Assembly (NCBI GenBank): GCA_963833425.1
Contig: CAWHXP010000007.1
Span: 64,001-128,000, forward strand
Direction: 5' to 3'
Length of the DNA stretch: 64,000 bases
Source of the DNA: an uncultured Methanosarcinaceae archaeon
Lineage (GTDB): Archaea > Halobacteriota > Methanosarcinia > Methanosarcinales > Methanosarcinaceae
Positions 8,457 through 19,920 of this stretch are shown one piece after another. The position numbers and the translations under genes were made by a program. How positions within the stretch are numbered: position 1 is the first letter of the stretch; each line of letters opens with the position of its first letter. The notes under the pieces are model-generated. The model was not told the DNA's origin. It was given only the letters and a program-made list of their open reading frames with translations, and did no database searches.

Positions 8457-10679
8457 TCAAACTTTTAATCTTTGATGTATGTTAGGTAGAAATTTATCAA
8501 AATATTTAGTCACTAAACAGGATTCTGTGCATTTCCTGCATCTAATGCACTTTTCGCTTACATATATTCTTCGTTCAATTAGAGAAACTGCACCCATAGG
8601 GCATGCTTTTATACAAATCCCACAGCCTGTACAGTGGATAAATCTTATTAATTGCTTTGTGACATCTTTAAAAAGGCTAATCGCTTTTTCTTTTGTTTCA
8701 GAGCTCACTAGCAGATTTCCACTTGAAAAAAACTTTACAGTCCCTATACCAGTTTTGACAAGCAGAATACCCATTTCTTCCATATAAACCGTATTTCCAA
8801 GTACATTTATGCAACCTGTAATTTCTTTTTCCCTGATACCTCGTACTTCTGCTTCTATTGAGAAACCTCCAGCCCTGCAGGGGGAAATTCCTCCCACGAC
8901 TTCAATTTCAAAATTTTCAAAATTTTCTTTAGCAAGAATAGAAATCCCAAGTTCTTCTGCCAGTCTGCACATTTTCGGAGGCAACTCCTTCCAGCGCCAG
9001 AATCCATATTCTATGAACTTTTCAGAAAGTCCCCGGATTTTTGCCCACTCCAACAGGAAAGAATTCCATTTCTCATGCATTTCAGGGTGTAGCTCTTTTA
9101 CTCTGGAGTATTCGGCAGCAAGGGCAGACGGGCAAAGCCAGCATCCTATTCTTTCAAAACCAAGATCATAGAGAGGATTGTATGGGAGTCCTCTCCAGTA
9201 AATATATAGCCATACTTCGAGAGCCTTCCAGTTTCTTATGGGGAAGATATTGAGCTGGGAAGGTACAAAGGGATTTTTCTCACTAGCCGCAACTCTCGCT
9301 CTTGAGAAGGATTCATGTTTTCTCTTACCATCGATTGTCAGATAAGCTACACCATTATCTATTTTTCTATCAGGAGAGTTGGAGATGCCTTTTCCTACAT
9401 CCAAGTTACCTGCAGATGACAGTTTACATACTTTGCAGCACCAACGAAAATCTTTAGCAGGAGGCCCAAATTTCCTAATTTGATCCCAGAAAGAAGAGCC
9501 TGCATTAATTTCTTCAAGTGGAATTTCCATCTTCTGGCAAGAAATTCTAACAAATTCGACAGTTTCAGGAAACTCGATTCCGGTATTGAGAAAGAAAGCC
9601 TTGAGTTCCCTATGTTTGAGGGCAGCTCGGGCCAGATCCATACTTACAAGGCTGTCTTTTCCGCCACTGAAAGAGACATAAATAGGAAGGTCAATGTTTT
9701 CGTTGCTGGAAACAATCCCACGAATTGTATTGATGGCGTTTTTGCCAAGAACTTGAAGATGCTTTTTGTTTGCCTCTATACATGCACTAAGATCCGGAGT
9801 TTCTGGATGAAGGAATGCCTTACTACTATCAATTCTCCTGATTCTGAGGACTTTCGCTCCGGCATCTGTTGAGGATATAAATCTATTTTGAACTTCATTT
9901 TCAGCCAGGTTTTTCAGCTTTGAAAAGTCTTCTCCGTTAATATAAGAAACTCCATATCCCGTCAGTTTGCCTGCAGTCACAAGGACGAAATCTCCCTTCT
10001 TTATGGTATCCATAAAGAATTGAACAAGCTCTATTGTAACTTTTTTCCCATTAAAATGCCTGTTATTTTTCTTAAGTTCAACTCTTCTGCTTTTCGCGTA
10101 CATCAGGAGAATTTTTGCTCCCTGAATGGAAGGTTCGAAACTGTAGCTCCCTTTGGGAATCTCAAAACGGAGAATTCCAAATATGAAGCCATCAACGAGT
10201 ACTTCATCTGTTTTATCTTCACCAGGTATTTTATTAAGGAGTATTAACCTGTCATCTAGAGGATTGCAGCCAAAAGTTGAGGAAAGTTGCCTGTTAATAA
10301 TTTCTTTCTCATAAGGTGAACAGAAACGGATATCTGCAGGCTGGGAAAGAGGTATAAATTGTCCATCGTTTCCACATCTTCCGCACTCTTTTCCAATCAA
10401 AGGCAGGTTGCATTTTTTACACCAGAAAATATGGCTATCTTCATACTCGAAACGCTGAAAATTTTGTTTTTTCGGAAAATTCGAATTTATATTTTTTTTC
10501 GCGCTAGAGATCTTTTTGGTAGAATCCTTTCCACTAAAATCTCGGGATTTGTCTACAGTGAGATTTTCATCTGTATGAAAATCTTTTTTTCCCGGCTTAA
10601 TATATATTTTTCCATTAAGTTTGTTTCTATTTTGCTTATTCGGTTCCGAATCCCGAATTTTTTCATTTTTCTGCTGCAT
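8457..10679 (-). CDS. Phosphoadenosine phosphosulfate reductase-domain protein with N-terminal Cys cluster, PUA-like region and C-terminal 4Fe-4S dicluster
   Basis: SFSGGKDS PP-loop, RWCCKVCK, ERIGCWLCP, CTGCGICIKACP and CIRCRKCTESC. Confidence 0.88.
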   Translation of the reverse strand: MQQKNEKIRDSEPNKQNRNKLNGKIYIKPGKKDFHTDENLTVDKSRDFSGKDSTKKISSAKKNINSNFPKKQNFQRFEYEDSHIFWCKKCNLPLIGKECGRCGNDGQFIPLSQPADIRFCSPYEKEIINRQLSSTFGCNPLDDRLILLNKIPGEDKTDEVLVDGFIFGILRFEIPKGSYSFEPSIQGAKILLMYAKSRRVELKKNNRHFNGKKVTIELVQFFMDTIKKGDFVLVTAGKLTGYGVSYINGEDFSKLKNLAENEVQNRFISSTDAGAKVLRIRRIDSSKAFLHPETPDLSACIEANKKHLQVLGKNAINTIRGIVSSNENIDLPIYVSFSGGKDSLVSMDLARAALKHRELKAFFLNTGIEFPETVEFVRISCQKMEIPLEEINAGSSFWDQIRKFGPPAKDFRWCCKVCKLSSAGNLDVGKGISNSPDRKIDNGVAYLTIDGKRKHESFSRARVAASEKNPFVPSQLNIFPIRNWKALEVWLYIYWRGLPYNPLYDLGFERIGCWLCPSALAAEYSRVKELHPEMHEKWNSFLLEWAKIRGLSEKFIEYGFWRWKELPPKMCRLAEELGISILAKENFENFEIEVVGGISPCRAGGFSIEAEVRGIREKEITGCINVLGNTVYMEEMGILLVKTGIGTVKFFSSGNLLVSSETKEKAISLFKDVTKQLIRFIHCTGCGICIKACPMGAVSLIERRIYVSEKCIRCRKCTESCLVTKYFDKFLPNIHQRLKV

Positions 10680-10724
10680 GTAAACTCTGGCCTGTTATTT
10701 GAAAAATTAATAATCCAGCATTCT

Positions 10725-10848
10725 AAAATGTACGATTTGTTTGCCTATTTGCCTAATATTATTCATTTAAAATTAGATTAATTTTTAAGCTACTCTCATA
10801 TTGAAAAAAATGATTAGAATTTTTGTGTACATCTGCAAAAAGTGTGAT
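10725..10848 (-). repeat. ~130-140-bp dispersed palindromic element (TGTGTACATCTG family)
   Basis: Reverse complement aligns with 47316-47452 and 59387-59525; shares AGTAGCTTAAAAATTAATCTA with the 47.3-kb copy. Confidence 0.65.
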
Positions 10849-11185
10849 TAAGTACTAAATGCAGTTCAATTTTCTCTTTCAGTCTAAAGATGGATACATT
10901 TATCAATATCATGAGATTGTGGAAGTATTGTGGTGTGAAAGAAGTTGATGAAAGCGTGAAAATATTATAAAAAAATGCTTGAATCTAAAAATCTAACATT
11001 AGTATATCACTTGATATAAAGAATCATAAATTATTCAAAATCATTAAAATGAACGAAAGTACACTTAAAAAGCAATCCATCTATAAGAGATCACTTTATT
11101 TATGGAATTATTTTGTCATTTCAATTACAGTCATGATCTTTAAATATATCAAGCTTCCTGCTAATGCAAGAATTTATTCTCGAGA

Positions 11186-12448
11186 GTGAACAGAATGAAT
11201 TATGATGTTGTTGTCGTTGGAGCCGGGCCTGTAGGATCCATAGCTGCTCGCTATGCGGCTTTGAATGGAGCAAAGGTCCTCCTTCTTGAAGAGCATCCTT
11301 CGATAGGATCTCCTGTAGGCTGTACCGGACTTTTGAGCACGAGAGCTGTGGCTGAATGCGAACTCAAACCATCTGATGAGTTTGTATTCAACTCAGTACA
11401 CGGGGCTTTTGTATACTCCCCTGACGGACAGTGCCTTCCAATCGATGGTCAACAGACTAAGGCATACGTGATCTCGAGGAAGATTTTTGACCGTAAGCTT
11501 GCAGCAATGGCTGTTGAGGAAGGCGCGGTACTTTCTCTAAGGACAAGGGTTATAGGGCTTGAGAGAGGGTATCCAAAAGATGAAATGGGAAGAAAAGTAA
11601 GTCGGACTCCAACAAAACTCATGGTACTCAAAAATGGCAACCCTGAAATAATATCTGCATCAGTAGTTATCGGAGCCGATGGAGCGAAAAGCCGTATAGC
11701 CAGTTATTCAGGACTTGAAAAACCTGCTCGTATGCTTTCTGGAATTCAGATAGAAGTTCCATACAAATCTCAAAATATTGACTTTGTTGAATTGTTCTTA
11801 GGCTCTTCAGCCCCTGGTTTGTTTGCCTGGACAGTGCCTATTGACGAAAAAATTTCAAGGATTGGGCTCGCCTTGGAACCAAGCTTTGCTTGCAAAAATG
11901 GTCGTGAAGAGAGTTCTCCTCTTTCTTATCTTGATAAATTCCTTCAATCAAACCCCCACGTAAAAGCCAGGTACTCAAGAGGTATGCTTGATTTTGTAGT
12001 AGGAGGAATCCCAATAGGCCCTCCTGAAAGAACTGTTTCTGATAGTATTTTGCTAGTCGGAGATGCGGCAGGGCAGGTTAAACCAATATCAGCTGGCGGT
12101 ATATATACCGGAGCTTTTGCAGCAAAAATAGCTGGAAAAGTTGCAGCAAACGCTGCCCTTGAAGGGAACACATCTGTACAAAGGCTTTCCGAATATGATA
12201 TGCTCTGGCGAAAATACCTCGGAAAAGAATTTGAAAGAGGTCTAAAAATCCATGACTATATAGTTAAGTTGGAAGACAAGCAGCTAAATGATCTTATAGG
12301 TTCGTTAAACACCAAGTCTATCCTTAAAATAATCACTGAGTATGGAGATATGGATCGTCCTTCAGTCCTCATGAAAAAACTCATCTTCTCAGCAAATTCC
12401 ATAAAGTTTATGAAAGCTTTTGGAGTATTCCTAAAAACCATTTTTTAA
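11186..12448 (+). CDS. Geranylgeranyl reductase family protein (digeranylgeranylglycerophospholipid reductase-like)
   Basis: YDVVVVGAGPVG, VIGADG and LLVGDAAGQVKPISAGGI motifs; start may be the ATG at 11195. Confidence 0.9.
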   Translation: MNRMNYDVVVVGAGPVGSIAARYAALNGAKVLLLEEHPSIGSPVGCTGLLSTRAVAECELKPSDEFVFNSVHGAFVYSPDGQCLPIDGQQTKAYVISRKIFDRKLAAMAVEEGAVLSLRTRVIGLERGYPKDEMGRKVSRTPTKLMVLKNGNPEIISASVVIGADGAKSRIASYSGLEKPARMLSGIQIEVPYKSQNIDFVELFLGSSAPGLFAWTVPIDEKISRIGLALEPSFACKNGREESSPLSYLDKFLQSNPHVKARYSRGMLDFVVGGIPIGPPERTVSDSILLVGDAAGQVKPISAGGIYTGAFAAKIAGKVAANAALEGNTSVQRLSEYDMLWRKYLGKEFERGLKIHDYIVKLEDKQLNDLIGSLNTKSILKIITEYGDMDRPSVLMKKLIFSANSIKFMKAFGVFLKTIF

Positions 12449-13307
12449 AAAGTTAATAATATAGGCAGAAAACTCCGTAAATTTATGGAAGCTTTTGGAG
12501 CGTTCATGATGCCCCTTCTTTAGAAGGCTCAAATCACATCAAAATATACTATTTTAAATTTTAATAGTTAGTGGATTACTATTGGTATTTTTTTCTTCTT
12601 ATGTTTTGTGTTTTTATTCTTTGAACAACTTCCACCTTTTCCTCTGAACGGGTTTTACCCAATAGGGCATCTAATAAGATCCACCTTCTCAAATTTTCAC
12701 TGATGTAATTTATAGTTGGATTCTTTTATATGCACTTTATCCGGCATATGCAAGATCTTCAAATTCTGAAGAACTCAGCCATCGAATAGTGAGTAAATTT
12801 TATTAAGAATACATTAAAAGGATAGATACTTGTGCCTAGTGGGTACAAAATATAATCGTTTTCTCTTCTGAGTAAAACTTGCTATGTTGACTTTTCAGTG
12901 GGTGAAGTTCTATTCCGACTAGCAAAGCACTAATTCGACTTTTGTGCAATGAAACGAAAACGATTTTTTCGAATGACAGGAAAATGAATGAAGCATTTCT
13001 GTTAGAATAACTTATTTAATAAATTAGAAAGTAAACGGAAGAAATTTAGAACTAAAAAAAAGTACCATAAAAATGATAAAAATGTAAGGAATATTCGAAT
13101 AAGACTAAGAAAAATGACTGAGATATGTGGCTGTTTTTCTTTAAAATTCACTAATTCGCTATATACATTATTTATCAAGATTCTTTTCACGTTATTATTT
13201 CTTGCAATCCTTTTTATTTTGATTGTCTCTTACAATCCTCTTATATACTTATATAATATCAGCTCGCTAGTTCCATATTATTTTAGATAAAATGAATCTT
13301 TTTGTTT

Positions 13308-13874
13308 TCAGGTTTCTCTCTTTTTCGTACATGCCGACCTGCACTCAAAAAACTCAGCTGAGGGCAATTCATGTATTGTAGTTGCAACAATCATACCGTC
13401 TCCGATTTCTTTTACGACCATAATAGGCCTTCCAATGTTATCCTTGAGCACCACATCAGCATCAGTTTCTGCAAAATAACCGTCACATCCCAATGGAAGC
13501 ACTATATTCTTCACAAGTTTTTGAGCAGAATGTTCACCCAAAGGCTGAGGAGTGCATGAGTTTTCTTCCATTACATACTTAAGAGAAAAAGGAAGCCATT
13601 CATACTCATATTCTGGGATTAGAGGACTGAATACCAGCAGTGTTCCTCCTTTTTTCACAAATTTTTCAAGGAAGTGTTTGTTATGTTCAAGCCCCATACC
13701 TATTTTTGTATATTGCTTATTTGCAAAACCTGTTGGCAAAATCAGAAATTTACAAACTGGAAGATAAGGTGTGCCAAGGAATGTTGAAAGCGCACGACTA
13801 CAATCTAGCCCATATTCCAAAAACAGTTTTTCAAAGAGAATAGGGCTGTCCCAGAGTAAAATTACATCATACAT
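13308..13874 (-). CDS. Hypothetical protein (possible class I glutamine-amidotransferase-like fold)
   Basis: Clean 188-aa ORF with LILPTGF...LEKFVKKGGTLLVF pattern. Confidence 0.7.
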   Translation of the reverse strand: MYDVILLWDSPILFEKLFLEYGLDCSRALSTFLGTPYLPVCKFLILPTGFANKQYTKIGMGLEHNKHFLEKFVKKGGTLLVFSPLIPEYEYEWLPFSLKYVMEENSCTPQPLGEHSAQKLVKNIVLPLGCDGYFAETDADVVLKDNIGRPIMVVKEIGDGMIVATTIHELPSAEFFECRSACTKKRET

Positions 13875-13942
13875 GAAAGAGGATCAGAAACTTACTATAT
13901 GAATGTATTTAAGTGACTCGAAAGATAAATAAATCAATTAGT

Positions 13943-15058
13943 TTAGGACTCGATGCCAATTATTTCAGGCTCAGAGATAGGGGTCGGATTAAAGCTCTCT
14001 CCGAATTCGAATACGATCATATGCGGGTTGGTAATGGTTGTAAAAGGATGACCAATTGACTTAAAAATATTTAGATAATACAATTTAATGCATTCACAAA
14101 CTTTTAGATTTGAAAAGTCATGGATCAATTTTACGTATTCACTCCCTTTTTCAGTGCAAATTTCGATATCAGTTCCGATACCATCCGTAAGATAAAGTTC
14201 TTTGAAAATTTTAATGTTCTCGGCAAGGGTGAAAGCGGCCGGTGGCTTGCCCACAGCTAATTCAAAATATCGTGTCATTTCAGCCACCGAAGGGATATTT
14301 CCGGAGATAAAAGTTTCAAAAACCCTCCTGTTTATGCTGAGCCGCTGGTAGTTCTGCTGCTTGTATGTTTTGATGAGGTTTTTCCAGAAATCTGGTCTTC
14401 TTTGGACTTCCCTGAAAGTGCTTTCCATTGATCCAAAGTGTTCCTCAACGCCTTTAGGAACTTTTTGATGATTAAGAAATTCAAACCTCTTGAAGTACAC
14501 GTTTGTGACGTTGGATTTACTGAACAATCCTTGGACATCAAGTTTCATCTGTTTTGCCATAAAAAGAGCCAGGCTATGAGCCATTACTTCCCGGAAACAG
14601 AAATTCCCATTTGATAGAGTAAGGCTAGCAGCTTCAGGCTCGAAATCCTGATCACATTCCATATTAAACTTAATTTTCCAGCCAATTTTTTCATTGAGCG
14701 AGTTTAGATAATTTACAATATCAGGAATTCTTTTAACTTTATAAGGATTAATTAGTTCGTATATAATAGATTCATCCATCAATAGTCCTGAAGTTTTCTT
14801 AATAAGCCATTCGAGCAGGGTGCGATGGACAAGCAGAAACTCTTTTTCTTCAATCAACTTATTTCTAAATTCTGCATAGTGTGAATCTGTACTGGGAGAT
14901 TTGTCTCCATTTTCACTCATTTTCCCAGCCAAAGTCAAAGAGGCAGTTTCTATAGTATCCCTTATTGCCGCACTTAGATTTCCGTCATTCTTTTCAAGAA
15001 AGGGCTTTAATTTATCCAAGTAGCACTGATCGATCGAAATATTTTTTCTGACTATCAA
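13943..15058 (-). CDS. Hypothetical protein with N-terminal ribbon-helix-helix-like segment
   Basis: 371-aa ORF, RBS GAGGA; N-terminus VRKNISIDQCYLDKLKPFLEKNDGNLSAAIRDTIE is RHH-like. Confidence 0.75.
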   Translation of the reverse strand: MIVRKNISIDQCYLDKLKPFLEKNDGNLSAAIRDTIETASLTLAGKMSENGDKSPSTDSHYAEFRNKLIEEKEFLLVHRTLLEWLIKKTSGLLMDESIIYELINPYKVKRIPDIVNYLNSLNEKIGWKIKFNMECDQDFEPEAASLTLSNGNFCFREVMAHSLALFMAKQMKLDVQGLFSKSNVTNVYFKRFEFLNHQKVPKGVEEHFGSMESTFREVQRRPDFWKNLIKTYKQQNYQRLSINRRVFETFISGNIPSVAEMTRYFELAVGKPPAAFTLAENIKIFKELYLTDGIGTDIEICTEKGSEYVKLIHDFSNLKVCECIKLYYLNIFKSIGHPFTTITNPHMIVFEFGESFNPTPISEPEIIGIES

Positions 15059-15899
15059 ACGGATTTCCTCTTCTGCCTTTTTGAAATTACGAGTGGCTCA
15101 AAATTTTCTCATGACTAAAATATCTTTATTTTAGCAATTTAGATAGTTAATTGGAGTTCTTACTTATTAATTTTTTTGTTATGAATAGAAGCTAAAAACA
15201 TGTGTCAATAAGGACTAAATTCAACGATTGATTGGGTAAAACAATTAGTAAATAGCAAGTAGATGCATAAATAAAAAATCAAGATCCAAAAAATTATCTA
15301 AAATATAATTATACTGTTTATTTAAAAAATTTATAACCTTATATATAAGTATCTATAAATTTTGATATAAATATCTATACTCAGTCACTACAAATTTCAT
15401 ACTGGCAGACAGCAAGAAATTTGTGTACTCAACTATGACGGGCTAAACTTGCTTATTAACAGGCCTCTCAACCTTAAAATAATCTAATTCGATATGCTTA
15501 TGACATCGAAAATATGTCATGTTTTTTTAAATATTTTCGAAAAAAACTCGAGAAATTTGAAAATAGCATTCCCTCAGAAAAGTTGTGTCCGATTTTTAAA
15601 TTCATCTTTCTACGCTCTATGTTTTTTAAAATATCACTCTCAAGCAGTAACCGAAATTAATTTACTACAAATAACAAAAGTCATTCTTGGAGAAATTCGC
15701 GTATATATTCGCCTGCAGCTACTTCTAAAAGGATATTCATATTTGAAATTTCTTCTGAGATAAAAATTTTATATATTTTTGTCTAAATAGTCGCTATTTA
15801 GATCTATAAAGTCTCAGAACTCGCTAATTTTAATCTCTAATCAAAGTTGTGGTGAATCTCGCCGCAAGCAACCGTGAGTATGTTCGCACCCAGCAATTG

Positions 15900-16987
15900 A
15901 TTGAAGATACTTTTAAAACATACTTTCTAGCTTATGAACTTCGAATTCATACTAGCGAGGATTACCGCGAGCCACGAACCTTCTTCCCTCTGCGGAATCA
16001 TGATTGCATATATTTGGTCGAAGCATGTGGAAGGGGTTCAGTTTCGTCGACTTGTCTGCATATAGAATTGGGACAATTATTATGATCGGCCATAATCTCA
16101 ATCATTAACTTTAAGTAGGTTGGCCGTAGTTAGATTCCATCAGACGCCTAATTCGCTGAATCCTTATATAAAAATCTGGATTACTTTGACAATACCAATC
16201 ACCCTTTTTGAACAATCAGTCATATAGTGATTGAAATGCACCAGCAATCCCTTTTGGCTGCATAACATTCACGTCGTCGGATATGGGGGTCTTAAATCCG
16301 ACGATATCTCCTCTCCTGAACTGCCAAGGTTTGTATTAAGCATACAACGAGTAATTTGCCAGAGAATACTAAGGGCTTCGCCGATAGTCTTCTATCTATC
16401 TGCTTGAATAGATAGCATCCCATAGGAATATTAAGCTTATGAACGAATTTGAGATGTGAAAAGCTTGAATTGAAGCCGATGCCGTTACCCACAGAATTGA
16501 GGCCGTACTCAAAGATATCCCCATAAGCAAGCAAAATTGTTCCATTCCCTCAGACCGCTTTACTCAGGGAAGAATGAATGAAATATTATCGAACAAGTCG
16601 AAGTTCTGCTCTGTGAATGTTTTTCCATTTTTGACGGCTTTACAGATAGCTTCGAAGAATGTGCATAGGCCAGGTACCTAGCCGAAATGAAAAAAGATTG
16701 ACTCCATTTTGGCCTGTACAATTAAGGCCTCCTCAAAGCTTATACCCATCCTACAGCTGTGCAGTTGATGAACTACAATGCCTGAGGATTTAAGTTCTCA
16801 GCCAAAGGGAAAACTCATCGATCTGGCAATAATCTGGTTCTTACTTACTAGGTAATACTGGCTGAAAGCGTGAACCACTCGATGCTCCAATGGAAATCCT
16901 CTCCACACAACTCTCTACATACTGCTGGTCAATCTCGTAGTCCGGCCCTGCTACCTGCATACCTTTGAGTGCCTTTGCTTCTTTCAT
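15900..16987 (-). pseudogene. Degraded gene of unknown family
   Basis: GC-richer stretch with protein-like reading MKEAKALKGMQVAGPDYEID...EHRVVHAFSQYYLVSKNQIIARSMSFPFG*ELKSSG...FG*VPGLCTFFEAICKAVK, broken by stops and frameshifts. Confidence 0.4.
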
Positions 16988-17242
16988 GATGATATGCACC
17001 CAATTGATTTAACTTTACAATAACCATGTAGATATGTTTACTTATTTTCATTTAATTATATAATTATGATAGTGGAGTTTATGGTCAATAGTTGAAGTCA
17101 ATCCTTATTTTGTACTTCGGACCTACCCACTTGATGAAAAAAAAATCAAGTATAACAGCCATCACTGTTAAAATTCATTTTTTAGGTCATTAAGAGGTTA
17201 TTTCTATTGATTTTATACTATTGCTTAAGGTCTAATTACTCT

Positions 17243-18415
17243 TTAAATGAAATAGGACCTGAGTGGTGGGAAGCCATTGAAACCTACAGAACTGTAGCTT
17301 TGAGTGTATGCGCCAGTTGTAAAAATATATACTTTATTTCCTTCTTTCATCGTATGCGGAAAAGAATACTTATGATGTTCATAAAGGATATCCATGCTGT
17401 CGCATGTTGGACCTGCCAGTATTACTTCTTCAGCACAACCTCTTTTATCGCAAAAAATAGGGTATTTAATGCATTCATCAAGAGTTTCGATTAGGCCTCC
17501 AAACTTGCCAATATCGAGATAAACCCATTTATACTGATTAAATCTGGCTTTCCTGGAGATCATTACTACTTCACTTACGATCACACCAGCATTGGCAACC
17601 ATAGAGCGCCCTGGTTCTATAATGATCTCAGGGAGCTTTTCTCCAAAGTCCTCAAGTAAAAAACGGCGAATTTCTTTGAAATAGGTTTCAAGGTCTCTTG
17701 CCTTTGCCTGATATTTTGCAGGAAAACCTCCTCCAAGATTAATCATCTTGAGATGTATACCTTTTTCAGCTACTGCTTGAAAGAGATACTTACATTTCGA
17801 AATGGCATTATCCCATTGACCAATATCCCTCTGCTGGGAGCCAACATGGAAAGAAAGCCCGTGAGGCTCAAGCCCAAGTTTCTCGGTTTCCAGAATAAGC
17901 TTGTATATAATATCAGGATGCGCGCCAAATTTCCTTGAAAGGGGCCAATCAGCTCCGTCACTTTCAGTAAGTATCCTAAAAAAGATTTTGGAACCCGGAG
18001 CATTTTTAGCTAATTTTTTTAAATCGCTTTCTGAATCACTAACAAAAAGTCTAATCCCTTTTTCATATGCGTATGCAATATCTTTTTCTTTTTTTATCGT
18101 ATTGCCATAACTCATTCTTTCCGGTTCTACTCCAAGTCTGAGAAGTTGATTAAGTTCATAAACCGTTGCTACATCAAAATTGGAACCTTTGTTTTTCAGG
18201 GCAAGAACAACTTCATCCATAGGGTTTGCCTTCACAGCATAATGAATTTTTGCGAAAGGCATGTGTTCAATTAAATAATCGTAACTTTTCTTTACCTCCT
18301 CCAGATTAACAATCAAAAATGGTGTCTCTTTACCATGAGAAAATTTTTTGATTTTTTTAAAGTTATCTCTTGAAAAGAATTCGTCCTGCTGGAACTTATA
18401 AGGCTCTTTTTTCAT
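17243..18415 (-). CDS. Type III PLP-dependent ornithine/lysine decarboxylase
   Basis: HYAVKAN (PLP Lys), FDVAT, SFHVGSQ, NLGGGFP, IIEPGR and GPTCDSMD; likely start MKKEPYKF. Confidence 0.92.
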   Translation of the reverse strand: MKKEPYKFQQDEFFSRDNFKKIKKFSHGKETPFLIVNLEEVKKSYDYLIEHMPFAKIHYAVKANPMDEVVLALKNKGSNFDVATVYELNQLLRLGVEPERMSYGNTIKKEKDIAYAYEKGIRLFVSDSESDLKKLAKNAPGSKIFFRILTESDGADWPLSRKFGAHPDIIYKLILETEKLGLEPHGLSFHVGSQQRDIGQWDNAISKCKYLFQAVAEKGIHLKMINLGGGFPAKYQAKARDLETYFKEIRRFLLEDFGEKLPEIIIEPGRSMVANAGVIVSEVVMISRKARFNQYKWVYLDIGKFGGLIETLDECIKYPIFCDKRGCAEEVILAGPTCDSMDILYEHHKYSFPHTMKEGNKVYIFTTGAYTQSYSSVGFNGFPPLRSYFI

Positions 18416-18734
18416 ATTTATTCCCAAACTATCTTGGAGCTGATAAAATATGAGACTTTCTAATGTTTTTTTTAGACTGCAGAAATCTACTGTTGATTTC
18501 GCTTGCAATCGACTGTAATCTATCCGAAGCCCAGACGATGGTAAAATATCTCTAATTTTTGTCGCGCTACCTCATTATAAAAACAGGCTGCAAAATAAGT
18601 GTTTATCCAGACAAAACTTTTGCACATTTTGTTTCGTTGGCGCACAGTTTTCGTATCAAAATCTATGAATTTCCTAAGTTCCATCTGGGATAAGAAAATA
18701 TTCCAGATCTTATTACTCATGTAGTTTGTGGGAT

Positions 18735-19066
18735 CTATTGAGCATATGGATCTCCTGGAACACCTTAAACTAATTAAACTAAGGTATACTCATCAATAGA
18801 AAATATCCAAAAAAAAATAATTATATAGGACTCTAAAAAAACTAAAAACATGAATAAACTGAATCAAAAACTCAATTTTTCAATACCGTGAAAATATTTG
18901 AGAAAGAACCGGTAAAAACTTTTTTGATATTCTTTTTATGCTTCATCTTCAAGTTTAAGATCAGTAAGAAAATTTAGGTACGTTATAATCTTTTTTTCTC
19001 ATTGATAAAATAGCGATTAATATAATATTGATACATACATAGATTTTGCTATGAAATTTGTGTATC
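18735..19066 (-). repeat. Inverted copy of the 4180-4510 repeat
   Basis: Reverse-complement homology to 4180-4510. Confidence 0.7.
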
Positions 19067-19539
19067 AGTAAAAACGATAAATCATATATTTTGTAGTGGA
19101 AAAAAGGATACAGAATCATTCAGAATTGAGTAAACTTTCGGCACACTGTCACGTAAATTGTGTAGCCATGCCAACTGAAAATTGAATTATTACAAAATTA
19201 TTTAATCTGTTTTTAGTTTCAAATCAGGATCGATGCCCATTGATAAAAAATTCTTATTTCCCCTTGCTATTTTTTTGTATTTACTGGATATGTAATTTGC
19301 TACATAATCTATTCTTATAAACTCGGAAACATCCGATTTTTTGTAAAGATGGGCAGAAAAAAAGAGAATGTTTTAAAAATATTGAGATTTTATTACATTG
19401 GTGACCAAAATCAATATAATATATATTATAGTTTTAACTTAGATTTTAGAAATTTAAAGGTTTTTGATATTGATTTTCAGCCAAATTGTGTAATTTTGGA
19501 TCTATTAACCAGATAAATGCTCTGAATTGAGACGCATCT

Positions 19540-19869
19540 ATGCAAACAAAAACAATTGAAATCTATGCAGAATTATACGAAGCTCTTGACTCTTGCAGAG
19601 ATAGAGATAGTGATAGTGGTTGGGAATCGAAGTGCACGATAATTGCAAAATTATTGGAGCGATACGCTAATACATGCCAAATTAAACACAAAAATGGTGA
19701 CTATTGGTTCGTCATTAAAGACAGAAAACGGAGATTTCCAAAAATCTCGAATACAACGGAAAATGTGAGAATTTCTCTAGAACTCCATGAACGGTTCAAT
19801 GCAGCGAAAATACACATGAGAGACGATGAATACTATTTTACAACGCTTGCTATTTTCGTACTACGGTAA
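19540..19869 (+). CDS. Hypothetical protein with two antitoxin-like ribbon-helix-helix units
   Basis: TKTIEIYAELYEALDS...ESKCTIIAKLLE and TTENVRISLELHERFNAAKIHMRDDEY, each resembling archaeal VapB/CopG-like RHH. Confidence 0.5.
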   Translation: MQTKTIEIYAELYEALDSCRDRDSDSGWESKCTIIAKLLERYANTCQIKHKNGDYWFVIKDRKRRFPKISNTTENVRISLELHERFNAAKIHMRDDEYYFTTLAIFVLR

Positions 19870-19920
19870 CAAATTAATATATCGCATTAATGTAGAATCT
19901 ATCAACAACGGTTACGCCAA

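Noticed and set aside
8457..10679. PAPS-reductase-domain gene as DndC of a phosphorothioation system, or as proof of sulfate assimilation together with the sulfatase
   Set aside because: No dnd or sat neighbours; the architecture is that of a common archaeal stand-alone protein, and it is unlinked to the sulfatase.
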